Below are positions 37,501-51,100 of a DNA stretch of 64,000 nt, piece after piece. The stretch is from Macrostomum hystrix (lineage: Eukaryota; Animalia; Platyhelminthes), in contig CATNEN010000033.1 in NCBI GenBank assembly GCA_950097015.1, positions 124,001 to 188,000 of the forward strand, given 5' to 3'. Position 1 is the stretch's first letter. Each line of letters starts with the position of its first letter. The notes under the pieces were generated by a model that saw nothing but the letters and a program-made list of their open reading frames with translations, searched no databases and was not told the DNA's origin. The position numbers and the translations under genes were made by a program.

Positions 37501-38423
37501 TCCCCTGATAATATCTTCCTAGATGTACGAGTCTCAGACAGTGAATCTTATATCGGCTGGACATTTTTGCCTATAATAAAAGCCAAAAATGTTAATTTAA
37601 ACAGTTTTTATCAATTAAATCGTCGTTTGTAGCAGTAAAGTTATAAAAAATTAGGGAATAAATCTACAAGTCGCAATTTTTTGCTGAAAAAAGCTAACCC
37701 AGGGAAGCAGCTCACAGAAGATGTAAACAAAGACTGCCAGATGAAGAGAGAATTGAAAGCTACTGTTTCTTGGACAGCTTCCGACTGTTGCCTGGCAGAA
37801 GAAGGCAGAGAAAAAGCAGACTTCAGGAAAAAAATTGCATGAAAAGTCATTGGATGAAGAGGGACAGAGAATGCTGCTTCGGTGGCATTGTTTCGAGCCA
37901 GCCGATCGGAAATTCTGAATTAAAGAAGACACACTTATTCTTCTTCTGCTGCTCAGCTCAGATGGTGGGCAGAACTCAGTGGCAGGTCAGAACAGGGCAT
38001 TCAAGCAAGACACTTTTCAGTACATATCGCCTATTTATTTTTAGTCAGTTTTAGCGCTGGCTAGGCCTGTTCTAACTGAAGGAACAGTTTCGTACGCCTG
38101 TACTTTTGTACGCCATCATTATCAGTCATTTCTCTGTTTATTCTTAGATAATTTATTCTTCAATCAGTCATATTCTCGATTTGATGGCATTGTTGTTTTA
38201 CAAAGTTCTGACCAGTGCACGGGAGACACAGCTGACAATGTCATTGCATAAACAATCCGCGTCCATCCAAATTAGCTGTCGTGAAACTAATTCTTTTCTT
38301 AGCTAATTCATTTTTAGCTTGACGTGAATTCTGTAAACTTGTCCTAGAGAAACAAATAGAATTGTTAGTCAGTCTGTGATTATCAGAACATCCTCAACAC
38401 GTACTCCCTAAAATTATTTGAAA

Positions 38424-38454
<31 letters not shown>

Positions 38455-40014
38455 CGCGATTCAGTTACTTAGATAAGTAGCATGATAAGTAGTCTAATGT
38501 TAGATCATTGTCTGACGTGAAGCAATAAAGTGACTCAGGTTTGTTTTTTTCCTGAAATGTGCTAAATATTCTCGTGACCGTGTCTACAGTAATTTGTCTT
38601 ATTTGTGCTCAAGCAATTATTATTATTCGCTACTCGTAAACAATGTGTCATATTTTTGTGTATTGGCCACCACCACTGTGGTTCCAAATCAGACAGCTGA
38701 CTATAAAATTGTGCCTGCCTCAATAAGATTAAGGCGAGAGATCGCATTGGTTGGATAAAGATTTCAGTCCTTGAGCTGCATGTCATTTTTCAGCATTTTA
38801 ACTGATAAGAATGGCATATTTACATGCAGTAATCAGTGTGAAAGCGAGGTCAGGATTATCTCAAACACAGCCATTCACTCAGCAAAAAGATCGGGAAAAA
38901 TTATTTATTGACGCATAATTAAAAAACTCAATAAATAAATTTCACAAATGATCTACCATGATCTAACATAGTAGAAAACATGTCGGTATTTGAAATACCC
39001 CCCTCGTGTCTTTCTGCTGTTAAATAAAATTGCCACAATCTTGAACACAGAACATCACATTAAATCAGATAGCACGTGTCATATTCTTATGATTGTTAAA
39101 GTAAGAATTCAGTGTCGGTTCAGCTAAAAATCCAAAAAAAATTGCTCGAAGATGGAAAAAAAACTTTCCTAAGAATTTTCCATCCACGATGCTAGAATGG
39201 AAAATAGAGAGAATCAAAAGTGCTCGAAACATTCTCGAGCTATACTCGCTTTTCGTTGTTCATTGCTGTGAGACCTGCATGGGGTTTTTAGGGTCGTGGA
39301 AAACCCACGCATCTTTAGTTTCGCTCGTAAAATGTTGCTGCTGCTGCTGCTGCTGCTGTTGTCGAACCCTACCCTGTCTGTTTTGTTTGCCAAATTCGGC
39401 CGAGCTTTCGTTGTCTATCTGAGCTTGTGAGGTTCTGCACCGCAGGAGCCCCCGCCAGAACCATTGTGCCAGATAAGCACAATGGCCCTTCCCACCCACA
39501 CGTCTGTGTTGAGCCCTAGTCTCCCCTACAAACACAGTTTAAATGCGGGTAAACTAGAATTCTAGGATTCTTGCACTCACCGCTCATTTCTTACATCTGC
39601 CCATTTTATTTTATTCTCATAGTTTTTCCGCGACAAAATAATGCACTTTTGTCTCTGCACGCAGTGTCTTCCTGCGGGTGGTCGGTTGAAGGGGACCATT
39701 TAAGGCCGATTCTTACCTATAGAAGCAGAGCTCTTTGCTGGCGACTGAGAATGTTGCTGCCTAAAGTGGGCGGTTGAGGGCTGAGTTGGTCTCAGCAACA
39801 ACCAGAGCTGTGACCCGTATTCACCATTCACAGTGCTATGCTTCTAACACATGGGCTTAAATCTAAGTGGAAAATTATTTTGCTGGAAAGCATTTTTACT
39901 AAGCTAACGAAGCTAAAGTTTTACTAAGCTTTTTTTCAACATTTTTATTGTTGTAACCTTGCTGTGCCTATTCATTCGTCAGGATCCACCAACAGTTCCT
40001 TAGTTAGTCTTTGT

Positions 40015-40438
40015 GACTAAAACTTTAGATCCTTCAGGTATTCATGTGTCTAAATCCTTGCGTCTAAAACCTCAAATCCTTCAGGTGTTCATTGCGACTA
40101 AAACCTCAAATCCTTCAGGTGGTCATTGCGACTAAAACCTCAAATCCTTCAGGTAGTCTTTGTGACTAAAACCTCAAATCCTTCAGGTAGTCTTTGTGTC
40201 TAAAACCTCAAATCCTTCAGGTAGTCTTTGTGTCTAAAACCTCAAATCCTTCAGGTAGTCTTTGTGACTAAAACCTCAAATCCTTCAGGTAGTCTTTGTG
40301 TCTAAAACCTCAAATCCTTCAGGTAGTCTTTGCGACTAAAGCCTCAAATCCTTCAGGTAGTCTTTGTGACCAAAACCTCAAATCCTTCAGGTAGTCTTTG
40401 CGACTAGAACCTCAAATCCTTCAGGTAGTCTTTGCGAA
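40015..40438. repeat. 34-bp minisatellite upstream of the SLC6 promoter
   Basis: Unit TAAAACCTCAAATCCTTCAGGTAGTCTTTGTGAC, about 12 copies. Confidence 0.9.
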
Positions 40439-40739
40439 TATTGTAATTTTTTAATTGTAGATTTCATAAATATTTTTTCATCAGATTGTGAACAATTCAA
40501 AATTTTCACCTGTGGTTTTCTTGCCTTGACCTAGATACGAGTACTTGGCGTGCACGAGGAACATCAATTTGTCAGTTTTTCGATCAGTTCAAAACAACAT
40601 GCAAGTAAGCCTTTCTATGCTTGAGGCCTGTTTCACTGTTTTGCTGTTTTACTGTGGTATTGCCTTGTGGTTTAGAGCGAAGGCTCAAAGCGCCCGCCAC
40701 CTCACAGCTTGAGAGCTATTTTTAGCACAGCCGCTTGCC

Positions 40740-40747
40740 TATAAAAG
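40740..40747 (+). promoter_or_regulatory. TATA box of the SLC6 gene
   Basis: TATAAAAG 113 bp upstream of the ATG at 40853, preceded by a GC-rich GCGCCCGCC motif. Confidence 0.6.
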
Positions 40748-40852
40748 TAGCCGAGGCGACGCGGCCTGGTCGAAAGCCCCCTCCCCTCTAGGCCATAGAC
40801 AACTCGTACGATTTGAATTCAGTACGCTCGTGGCACGCCTAAATTCAAAGCC

Positions 40853-43800
40853 ATGGATCGCGACGGTGTTCAGGTGGTCTCTCCTGACGATATCGGCTTG
40901 CAACAGCGCGGCGGAGACGGCAATCGCCAGGATGTTGAAGAGGCCATTAGCGATATTCAACTGAAATTGGGTCGCATTGAAGAGAATCAGATCCAGGTTC
41001 GTCTCAATTAACTTTCTGGTGCTTCTCAACTAATAAAAAGCGCTATTTAACTTCCGTATTATCCCACTCTTAATTTCCCCATTCCCACCAGCTCTCCAAG
41101 GCCCTGGCAAAGAAGAAAGGTTTCTCAATGAACTTCGAAGAAGAGGAGAACCCGGAGCGAGGCAACTGGACTGGCAAGTGCGACTTCTTCCTGAGCTGTC
41201 TCGGCTACGCTGTCGGCCTGGGCAATGTGTGGCGCTTCCCCTATCTCTGCTACAAGAACGGAGGAGGTGAGAGGCAGGCTCAGTGACCTGCGCATTACCG
41301 TGCCAATCTTCACTGCCACAGCAATGCTTTGTTTGCAATTCTAGGCGCGTTCTTCATTCCCTACTGCATCTTCCTGTTCTTCTGCGGCATGCCAATCTTC
41401 TGCCTGGAGCTGTCCTTGGGTCAGTTCTGCAGCTCTGGCCCGCTGTCCTGCTGGGAGTTCGCTCCGCTGTTCCGTGGTAAGTCAGCGACTGTGAGCCAGT
41501 TGAATTAGGTCTAAAACTGTTCAATTGTATATTTAATTCGTTTTGAATTTATTCGTGAACTCGTGAACTGGATAGAGATCAGAAGCCTTCATCAACTGGC
41601 CCACTCCCTGCTGCAGGTGTTGGCGTCGGCATGGTGATAGTCTCTGGCCTGGTTGGAATCTACTACAACATCATCATAGCCTGGTCTTTCTGGTACCTGT
41701 TCATCTCCTTCACCTCCAAGTTGCCCTGGAGTGAGTGCGGATCCTGGAGCACGGAGCGTAAGTCAATGCGTGATTGCACCAGTTTCTACCATAGAATGTA
41801 CAGCCTGTTGATTGATCCTATTTCCAGTCTGCAGAGAGCGCCTATCTCAAGTGAACTCAACTTGCAACAATGAGCCGAACATCTACATCAACAATGGCAC
41901 CGGAATCAATGGCACCTGCTGGCTGGAAAAGAACGGCACCCGCAGCCTGTACGGCATCTATGACCCTGTGGCGGCCACCGCTGCCGGCTATTCAGCCAGG
42001 CCAGCCAGCAATGAGTATCTCAAGTGAGTAACAATCATATTTTCTTCTGCACTAATATCGAGTCTGCGCTAAATTGTCATGCACTTTAGTCTATGGTTTT
42101 TTAGGTTTTTTTACATTGGCTGCGGTCTTCCTTCCAAAAGCGTAGAAAATATAGTCTATGGCAGAAAGCGACATTAATGTCCGATATGACATCATTATAT
42201 ATGATTATTATATGGTGCATTTCGTCAAAACTATCTCTTTGCCCCAGCTTCGTCGGCCTGCAGGACAAGCTTGGCTCGATCGGCAACATGGGACCACTGC
42301 GATGGGACATGAGCCTGTGCCTGCTGCTAGCCTGGGTGGTGGTGTTCGCCTCTCTCTCCAAGGGCATCAAGAGCAGTGGAAAGGTACGGCGGAACTCACA
42401 GCTACCAGTGTTTTTTTTTAATTCTCAATATGCGTCACATAAATTAGTTTGGGCTAATGACGCAAAAGTGACCGAGACGTATAGACTATAGGCATTTGAT
42501 TATTTACTGCGAGTTCAGATTCCTTAGATGGTGCCACGCGAACTGTGCGTGATTTCGATCACCCACCTCTCCTCCGCCTCCCTCTCCCTCAACTCTCGCT
42601 ATTGTAAGAAAAATGAGTTAAGCTTGGTAAGGTAGGTCAACACTTTAAGAACACTGGAGTATTCTCACATTTGAAACGAGTTATTTTGTACCAACTCACG
42701 CTAGACTGCACACGTGCCTCCTCTGAACTTTGGCAACAACAAAAATATTTGCAAAGATTCCGCTGCGTAGTTAATTAGTTGGCCAACACTTGTTTCTTGG
42801 GCGCCAATAGCGGCATAGTTTAAATTGCAATTTTCCTATATAGGTTCATTGCTTCGACCTACAAGCGGGGCTATCTGTATGTTTCTGTCGATTTATTAGC
42901 ATATTTTCTCTAATGTGCATGTGCGCTTACTAACAAGTAGCAAGTAACGTATGGTAACAAATATTTTATCCGTTGGTGCATTAGCTCTAAATCATCTTTA
43001 ATCCCCCTTTTGCAATGGCAGGTGGTCTACTTCACCGCTCTGTTCCCCTACGTTGTGCTTATCATCCTGCTCATTCGCGGCTTGACCCTGCCCGGCTTCG
43101 AGAAGGGCATCGACTTCTACCTGAAGCCGGACCTCACACGCCTGCAGGACTCCACCGTCTGGAAGGACGCCGCGGTGCAAATATTTTTCTCACTGTCCGC
43201 CAGCTGGGGTGGCCTGATCACCTTGGCCAGCTACAACCGATTCAAGACCGACGCTGTGCGCGACGCCATCGTTGTCTCTATCTGCAACTGCGCCACCTCC
43301 GTGTTCGCCGGCTTCGTGGTGTTCAGCTTCCTCGGCTACCTGGCCACCCTGCTCAACACTGAAGTCACCAATGTGGTTGACAGCGGTGAGTGTCTCTTGG
43401 ATACACAGAATCTGAATCACATAATCATAAAACCAGAATCACACCGACAGTAGCTCAAAATTACCATAGAATCACAGCCGGCAGTAGCCCAAAATTACCA
43501 TAGAATCACACCCGACAGTAGCTCAAAATTACCATAGAATCACACTCGACAGTAGCTCAAAATTACCATAGAATCACATCCGCCAGTAGCTCCATATCAC
43601 CATAGAATCACACCCGACAGTAGCTCCATATCACCATAGAATCACACCCGACAGTAGCTCCATATCACCATAGAATCACACCCGACAGTAGCTCCATATC
43701 ACCATAGAATCACACCCGATTTCCCGGTCTCTTTCAGGCGTCGCCCTGGCCTTCATCGTGTATCCCCAGGCCGTGACCAGTCTGCCGGTGTCGCCCCTGT

Positions 43801-45227
43801 GGGCCATCTTGTTCTTCGTCATGCTGATCACGCTGGGCCTGGACTCGCAGTTCACCCTGATTGAAACTGTGGTCACAGCCGTGCAGGACAAGTGGCCGCG
43901 CACCCGCCGATTCAAGACTATACTGATCCTGGGCTTCTCAGTTCTGTGCTTCTTCATCGGCCTGAGCATGTGCACCCCGGGCGGGCCGCAGCTGCTGACC
44001 ATCTTTGACGACTACAGCGGCGGGTGGAACATCATGGTGATCGCCATCCTGGAGTGCGTCGCAGTCTGCTACGTCTATGGCATTAGGCGCTTCCTCAACG
44101 ACATCGAAATGATGACGGGACCTGTGGTCTGCGGCTGCATCCCCTGGTTTATCATCAAGTGGTGGTGGGCGGTCTGCTGGTGCTTCTTCACACCCGGCCT
44201 TGTGGCAGTGAGTTGCTTTTGGCAATGAAATCGGATTTTTAAGTACAGCCTACAAAAAGTATTGCGCAGCCGCTTCTATAGGCTGCGTACGTTGTTCAGT
44301 CCATGGACTGTAGAGGGCGCCATACACATCTCAACACTGCAGCTTAATAAACTGAAGCAATCCGGAATCAAGGACACAAAATGAGATTCAAACTCCTGAC
44401 CTCTGGATTTATTAAAAAAAGTACTTATAAAAAACAACCCCGAAACTTGTGCTCCAGGTGACCATGGTGTTCTCCTGGGTGAAGTTCAGTCCGTCAAAGT
44501 ATGGCGACAGCGTCCTGCCCGACTGGGCGCAGGCCATCGGCTGGCTCCTGACCTTCAGCGTCCTCGGCAGCATCGTTGTGGTGTCGGGCATCGCCGTGTT
44601 TCAGTTCCGCAGGAACCTACGCGGCCTCGTGCAGCCGACGCGCTACTGGGGTCCGGCTCTGGTCAAATTCCGCCAGGAGGTGGCCGATGCGGGCTACGCA
44701 CCCGGCTTCGAAGTGGATCCCTGGACGGTTGACGACGGTGGGAACTCGACCGACCCGAAGTTCGGCGACGACAAGGCCTACACGGTGAGCGCTTTGGGGA
44801 AGCCAGGCTTTGGGGAAGATCCAGGGAGCGTCTGTGATGTCAGCAGTCCAGGAAATTGTTGAATGTTTTTTTCGCAAACGATCTGATGTCTGTGAAGGCC
44901 ACTCTGACACACGGTCTCAGGTGTGAGGGTCACTCTGACAGACGGTCTCTGGTGTGAGGGTCACTCTGACAGACGGTCTCTGGTGTGAGGGTCACTCTGA
45001 CAGACGGTCTCTGGTGTGAGGGTCACTCTGACAGACGGTCTCTGGTGTGAGGGTCACTCTGACAGACGGTCTCTGGTGTGAGGGTCACTCTGACAGATGG
45101 TTTCTGGTGTTGTTTAAATGTCAGTCATGAAAATGTGGTTAGTGCTTATACACCACGATGCCTCATATGCATCATTTACATCTTACAGAACACCCAGTAC
45201 GTTAATGACGAGGCCACTAAGATGTAA
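40853..45227 (+). CDS. SLC6A5-like: SLC6 Na+/Cl- -dependent amino-acid neurotransmitter transporter, GlyT2-like
   Basis: Exons 40853-40996, 41092-41266 ([37 protein letters not shown]), 41345-41476, 41617-41757, 41828-42023, 42248-42383, 43022-43385 ([20 protein letters not shown]), 43738-44207 (LGLDSQF), 44458-44784, 45189-45227 ([12 protein letters not shown]). Gly in TM1 marks the amino-acid subfamily; the TM6 SxxWGG Trp is as in GlyT2 and ATB0,+. Confidence 0.92.
43428..43718. repeat. 34-bp intronic minisatellite
   Basis: Unit ATCACCATAGAATCACACCCGACAGTAGCTCCAT; fills most of SLC6 intron 7. Confidence 0.9.
44902..45110. repeat. 31-bp minisatellite in the last SLC6 intron
   Basis: Unit CACTCTGACAGACGGTCTCTGGTGTGAGGGT, about 6 copies. 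Confidence 0.9.
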
Positions 45228-45309
45228 GCCCACCCACACCAGTCTACCAGAAGTGGACAACATTTTTGAGCGAACTGAACATTTCAAAGCTGTTTGTTTC
45301 GTTTTTGTG

Positions 45310-45315
45310 AATAAA
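45310..45315 (+). terminator. Polyadenylation signal of the SLC6 gene
   Basis: AATAAA 83 nt after the stop at 45227. Confidence 0.55.
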
Positions 45316-45739
45316 GCTCAAAAATTATGTTTATGTAAATCGACTCATAACTGAATTATTACTTTTGACATTTCTCGGCTAGTGTTTATTATAAAAGTAG
45401 CCCTGCATGCCTAAACATACATTTACTTCACAAAATCGATACAAAATAGCACGCAAACACATTTCCTCAGTTTTTACGCCAAAAAATGTATCGACTATAA
45501 TATATTTCAACGAATTTACAATCAGTTAACGCTATCCTCTTTTGCTGTGTCAATTTTTAAGGCTCTCTCAGCCAAAAATATAGTTTAAACAACGCGTGTA
45601 TTTTAAAGAGCTGCTTGCAGCTAAAAAGTTCAATTCGTTTTTTCACAAATACTTTAAGGCTACAAAAAGGCTAAATAAAAGGTGTCTGTCTTAACTTTTA
45701 TTGTCGAATCTCCCACGTGTCTTTTACTTTTTCCCGTGA

Positions 45740-46385
45740 CTCATCTCTCCCCCGTCTCATCTCTCCCCTGTCTCATCTCTCCCCTGTCTCATCTCTCCCC
45801 TGTCTCATCTCTCCCCTGTCTCATCTCTCCCCTGTCTCATCTCTTCCTGTCTCATCTCTCCCCTAGTCTCATCCCTCCCTGTCTCATCTCTCCCCCGTCT
45901 CATCTCTCCCTGTCTCATCACTCCCTGTCTCATCTCTCCCCCGTCTCATCTCTCCCCTGTCTCATCTCTCCCCCGTCTCATCTCTCCCCTGTCTCATCTC
46001 TCCCCTGTCTCATCTCTCCCCTGTCTCATCTCTTCCTGTCTCATCTCTCCCTGTCTCATCACTCCCTGTCTCATCTCTCCCCCGTCTCATCTCTCCCCTG
46101 TCTCATCTCTCCCCTGTCTCATCTCTCCCCTGTCTCATCTCTCCCCCGTCTCATCTCTCCCCTGTCTCATCTCTCCCCCGTCTCATCTCTCCCCTGTCTC
46201 ATCTCTCCCCTGTCTCATCTCTCCCCTGTCTCATCTCTCCCCCGTCTCATCTCTCCCCTGTCTCATCTCTCCCCCGTCTCATCTCTCCCCTGTCTCATCT
46301 CTCCCCTGTCTCATCTCTCCCCTGTCTCATCTCTCCCCCGTCTCATCTCTCCCCTGTCTCATCTCTCCCCTGTCTCATCTCTACC
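45740..46385. repeat. 16-bp pyrimidine-rich minisatellite
   Basis: Unit TCTCATCTCTCCCCTG, about 40 copies. Confidence 0.92.
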
Positions 46386-47414
46386 ACTCTTTATCTATTC
46401 CCGTCTTATCTCGTCTCATTTCTACCGCAGGTTATGTCTCCACCATCTATCCGGCCCGCTCTAATCATTTTTGGATTCTTTCTTTACTCCGCGAGGTTGT
46501 CAATCCCGATCTATGGCCAAACCCTACGGACCAACTGTTGAGCCGAATGCTTTGGCGAGATAGCAGTGAACTTGGCTGGCTTAATTTGTTAATTAAAATG
46601 CGCTCTCCGCTCACTGGGACCATGGACTTCTATAGCTAGGATCTAGAATATATTGAAGATGTTAGCTATACAAGACCGTGACTGAGAACATTGTAATCCC
46701 CAGTGACGCACATCTGCACCCTCGCCGCGTTCTTTTCGATTTTTTAAAGTAAAGCAATCAATTAGATGGGCCTGCAAACACTCCCGTGTGTGTTTTGCCA
46801 TCCATATTCTATTAAGCGATGCAAAACAGATTGGATTAAAGTTGGGGTTATATTAAAGGATGAAAAATTCTGTCATGAGCCCGCCCTTCACTACCAGGAT
46901 GGATGCCGTTCCCCGAATCCTGATTTGGGATAAGTGTAACAGTTTTTACTTGCTAATCCTGAACTTTATACCCCGCATTGGAAATCAATGAGAAACTCGG
47001 CACTGTAACACCGAAATATACTCCTATTGATGCGATTAACAATACTCGCACAAGGCGAGTGAAAAAATACGAATAGCTCGAAACTAATTTCGACCTTGCG
47101 AAAATGTACAAACAGTTAAATTCACAATGCTTTGATGCAGGTAAATAAGCTGCAATAGACTATGACTAGTCTTTAAGGTGGTGCTCGTACGAGCGTCCAG
47201 TAAACATGAAACCAGTAAAATTCAATCTAAATGCTTTGACCAAAGGTTAATCAAAATCTAGCTGCGCCGGGAATACAACAGCGTGCCGTATTTGTACTGG
47301 AAATCCCCACTGTTGAACTCGATGACTGACTTCCAAATTTCAACCGCTATGCACTTGAAATAGTATTGGTTCCAGTGCATACCCGGCGCTGGTCTCTGAA
47401 AATATTCAGAGAAT

Positions 47415-48100
47415 ATTAAGGGAATTCCTGCTGCTGGTTTCTAAAAATAACATGGTATCCAAGGGAATTCCTCCAGCTGGTCTCTAAAAATAACAAGGTA
47501 TCCAAGGGAATTCCTCCAGCTGGTCTCTAAAAATAACAAGGTATCCAAGGGAATTCCTCCAGCTGGTCTCTAAAAATAACAAGGTATCCGAGGGAATTTC
47601 CGCTGCTGGTCTAAAGAGGGTATCCGAGGGAATTCCCGCAGCTGGTTTCTAAAAATAACAAGGTATCCAAGGGAATTCCTCCAGCTGGTCTCTAAAAATA
47701 ACAAGGTATCCGAGGGAATTCCCGCAGCTGGTCTCTAAAAATAACAAGGTATCCAAGGGAATTCCCGCAGCTGGTCTCTAAAAATAACAAGGTATCCGAG
47801 GGAATTCCCGCAGCTGGTCTCTAAAAATAACAAGGTATCCGAGGGAATTCCCGCAGCTGGTCTCTAAAAATAACAAGGTATCCAAGGGAATTCCCGCTGC
47901 TGGTCTAAAAAGGGTATCCGAGGAAATTCCCGCAGCTGGTCTCGAAAAATAACAAGGTATCCGAGGGAATTCCCGCAGCTGGTCTCTAAAAATAACAAGG
48001 TATCCAAGGGAATTCCCACAGCTGGTAACTAAAAATAGTAAGGTATCCAAGGGAATTCCCACAGCTGGTAACTAAAAATAGTAAGGTACACAAGGGACTT
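47415..48100. repeat. 43-bp minisatellite just downstream of the arrestin stop codon
   Basis: Unit GGGAATTCCCGCAGCTGGTCTCTAAAAATAACAAGGTATCC(G/A)A, about 16 copies. Confidence 0.92.
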
Positions 48101-48197
48101 CCCGTTGCAAGACATGTATAATAATAATAGATCCAGGAAATCCCGTTGCTAGGCACGTGTTTTGGGAAAAAATTAATTAAACCTCACAGTCTCTTTT

Positions 48198-51100
48198 TCA
48201 AGACTGTCCTGGCCGCATCTGGTTGAAGGTTCTGTCGACAGCGCTGCAATTGTTCCGGGAAGCCGCGTCAGTCGGTGCCACGCCGGAGGCCGACTCATCG
48301 CTGATGTCGGCAGCGGGATCCGACATCGCTAGCTGACGCCGTTCAGTTTTATAGTACAAATAAACTGGCAGCATCGCCTGGGGCGATGCGTCGAAAGACT
48401 CTCGCTCAATAATGTCGCCAGTGTTGAAATCGAAATGTGCATAGCATGGGACCACTGGAAAGTGGATTGTGGAACTGATTGGGAAAATGACCACTGCATC
48501 AAAAGAAATGGGCAACTATGCAGGAAAGGATGGTGTCATTAGAAACAGTAATGGTAGGACCACTAGAAACAGTGAGGGTAGGACCACGAGAAACAGTGAG
48601 GGTAGGACCACTAGAAACAGGAAGGGTAGGACCACTAGAAACAGTAAGGGTAGGACCACGAGAAACAGTAAGGGTAGGACCACTAGAAATGGGAAGGGTA
48701 GGACCACAATATAGGCTACGTTCTCTATAATTCTTAACTGGAATTTTTAATATGTATTTTCTATCAAGTGCCGAGTCAGACTTCACCGATCTTGAAATGC
48801 TTAAATAAATTTTACCAATGTCAAAACTCAATTACAAATTACTGTGAGGGCTAGCTTGGAGTACTCGTGCTCACAGCCCAGGGGACTCGGATTAGTCCTG
48901 AGAATTAGCTATTTGAGCTTTGCGGCGCAGTCTGCTGAGCCAGTGCGGCCAGCTCTTGACCCTGCTCCAGCACTCGCTCATAAGTGGGGCTTGGCCTTAA
49001 GGACTGGGAGCCCTAGAATAAACTCCTACGACTACATAGGGAGGTGCGCTGCTGCTAGCGCACAAATGGGAGTGCGCAGCTCAAAACTGATTCTCTGCTT
49101 ACTCTAACTGTCAGCCATCTACCACGGATCTGTCACTGATCTGTCCCCCCATCTACCACTGATCTGTCACTTCATCTACCACTGATCTGTCCCCCCATCT
49201 ACCACTGATCTGGCACTCCATCTACCACTGATTTGTCACTCCATCTACCACTGATCTGTCCCCCCATCTACCACTGATCTGGCACTCCATCTACCACTGA
49301 TCTGGCACTTCATCTACCACTGATTTGTCACTCCATCTACCACTGATCTGGCACTCCATCTACCACTGATTTGTCACTCCATCTACCACTGATCTGGCAC
49401 TCCATCTACCACTGATCTGGCACTGATCTGTCCCCCCATCTACCACTGATCTGGCACTCCATCTACCACTGATCTGGCACTCCATCTACCACTGATCTGG
49501 CACTGATCTGTCCCCCCATCTACCACTGATCTGTCCCCCCATCTACCACGGATCTGTCACTCTATCTACCACGGATCTGTCACTCTATCTACCACGGATC
49601 TGTCACTGATCTGTCACTGATCTGTCCCCCCATCTACCACTGATTTGTCACTCCATCTACCACTGATTTGTCACTCCATCTACCACTGATTTGTCACTCC
49701 ATCTACCACTGATTTGTCACTCCATCTACGACTGATCTTTCACTCCATCTACCACTGATCTGTCACTCCATCTACCACGGATCTGTCACTGATCTGTCCC
49801 CCCATCTACCACTGATCTGTCACTTCATCTACCACTGATTTGTCACTCCATCTACCACTGATTTGTCACTCCATCTACCACTGATTTGTCACTCCATCTA
49901 CCACTGATTTGTCACTCCATCTACGACTGATCTGTCACTCCATCTACCACTGATCTGTCACTCCATCTACCACGGATCTGTCACTTCATCTACCACTGAT
50001 CTGTCACTCCATCTACCACTGATCTATCACTCCATCTACCACTGATCTGTCACTTCATCTACCACTGATCTGTCACTCCATCTACCACTGATCTGTCACT
50101 CCATCTACCACTGATCTGTCACTTCATCTACCACTGATCTGTCACTCCATCTACCACTGATCTGTCACTCCATCTACCACTGATCTGTCTCCCCATCTAC
50201 CACTGATCTGTCACTTCATCTACCACTGATTTGTCACTCCATCTACCACTGATCTGGCACTCCATCTACCACTGATTTGTCACTCCATCTACCACTGATC
50301 TGGCACTCCATCTACCACTGATCTGGCACTCCATTTCACACAGATCTGGCACTCGATCTACCACTGATCTGGCACTCCATCTACCACTGATCTGGCACTC
50401 CATTTCACACAGATCTGGCACTCGATCTACCACTGATTTGTCACTCCATCTACCACTGATTTGTCACTCCATCTACCACTGATCTGGCACTCCATCTACC
50501 ACTGATCTGGCACTCCATTTCACACAGATCTGGCACTCGATCTACCACTGATCTGGCACTCCATCTACCACTGATCTGGCACTCCATTTCACACAGATCT
50601 GGCACTCGATCTACCACTGATTTGTCACTCCATCTACCACTGATCTGGCACTCCATCTACCACTGATTTGTCACTCCATCTACCACTGATCTGGCACTCC
50701 ATCTACCACTGATCTGTCACTCCATCTCATACAGATCTGGCACTCGATCTACCACTGATCTGGCACTCCATCTACCACTGATCTGGCACTCCATCTCACA
50801 CAGATCTGGCACTCGATCTACCACTGATCTGGCACTCGATCTACCACTGATCTGGCACTCCATCTACCACTGATCTGGCACTCCATCTACCACTGATCTG
50901 GCACTCCATCACCCACTGAGCCTCACCCTGTCTGCAGTGGTCGAAGGCTCCCGGCAGCGGATGCGTACCGATGGTGACCGGCAGGCTCAGGTCCAGAACT
51001 CGGCTGCCGCCTAGCGCAGCCAGCTGCCTCAATTTGAATCTGTGCGAAAAAGATAGAACAATTAGTAAAACAAAATACGTGAAAAATAATTTAATTTCTA

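Noticed and set aside
37720-38050. Decayed transposase-like text (LLLSSDGGQNSVAGQNR)
   Set aside because: Only a vague resemblance to an SD..GQN motif, broken by stops and shifts; cannot be supported without a profile search.
39189-39535. Poly-Q / poly-C ORFs around a (CTG)n tract
   Set aside because: Microsatellite-driven; no recognisable domain or convincing splice context.
44280-44410. B-box-like tRNA/SINE fragment and small hairpin in SLC6 intron 8
   Set aside because: No A box or cloverleaf, and no clear alignment to the three SINE copies.
49110-50910. CCATCTACCA core shared between the 23-bp and 33-bp arrays
   Set aside because: With about 24 units compared pairwise on both strands, one shared 10-mer is roughly expected by chance.
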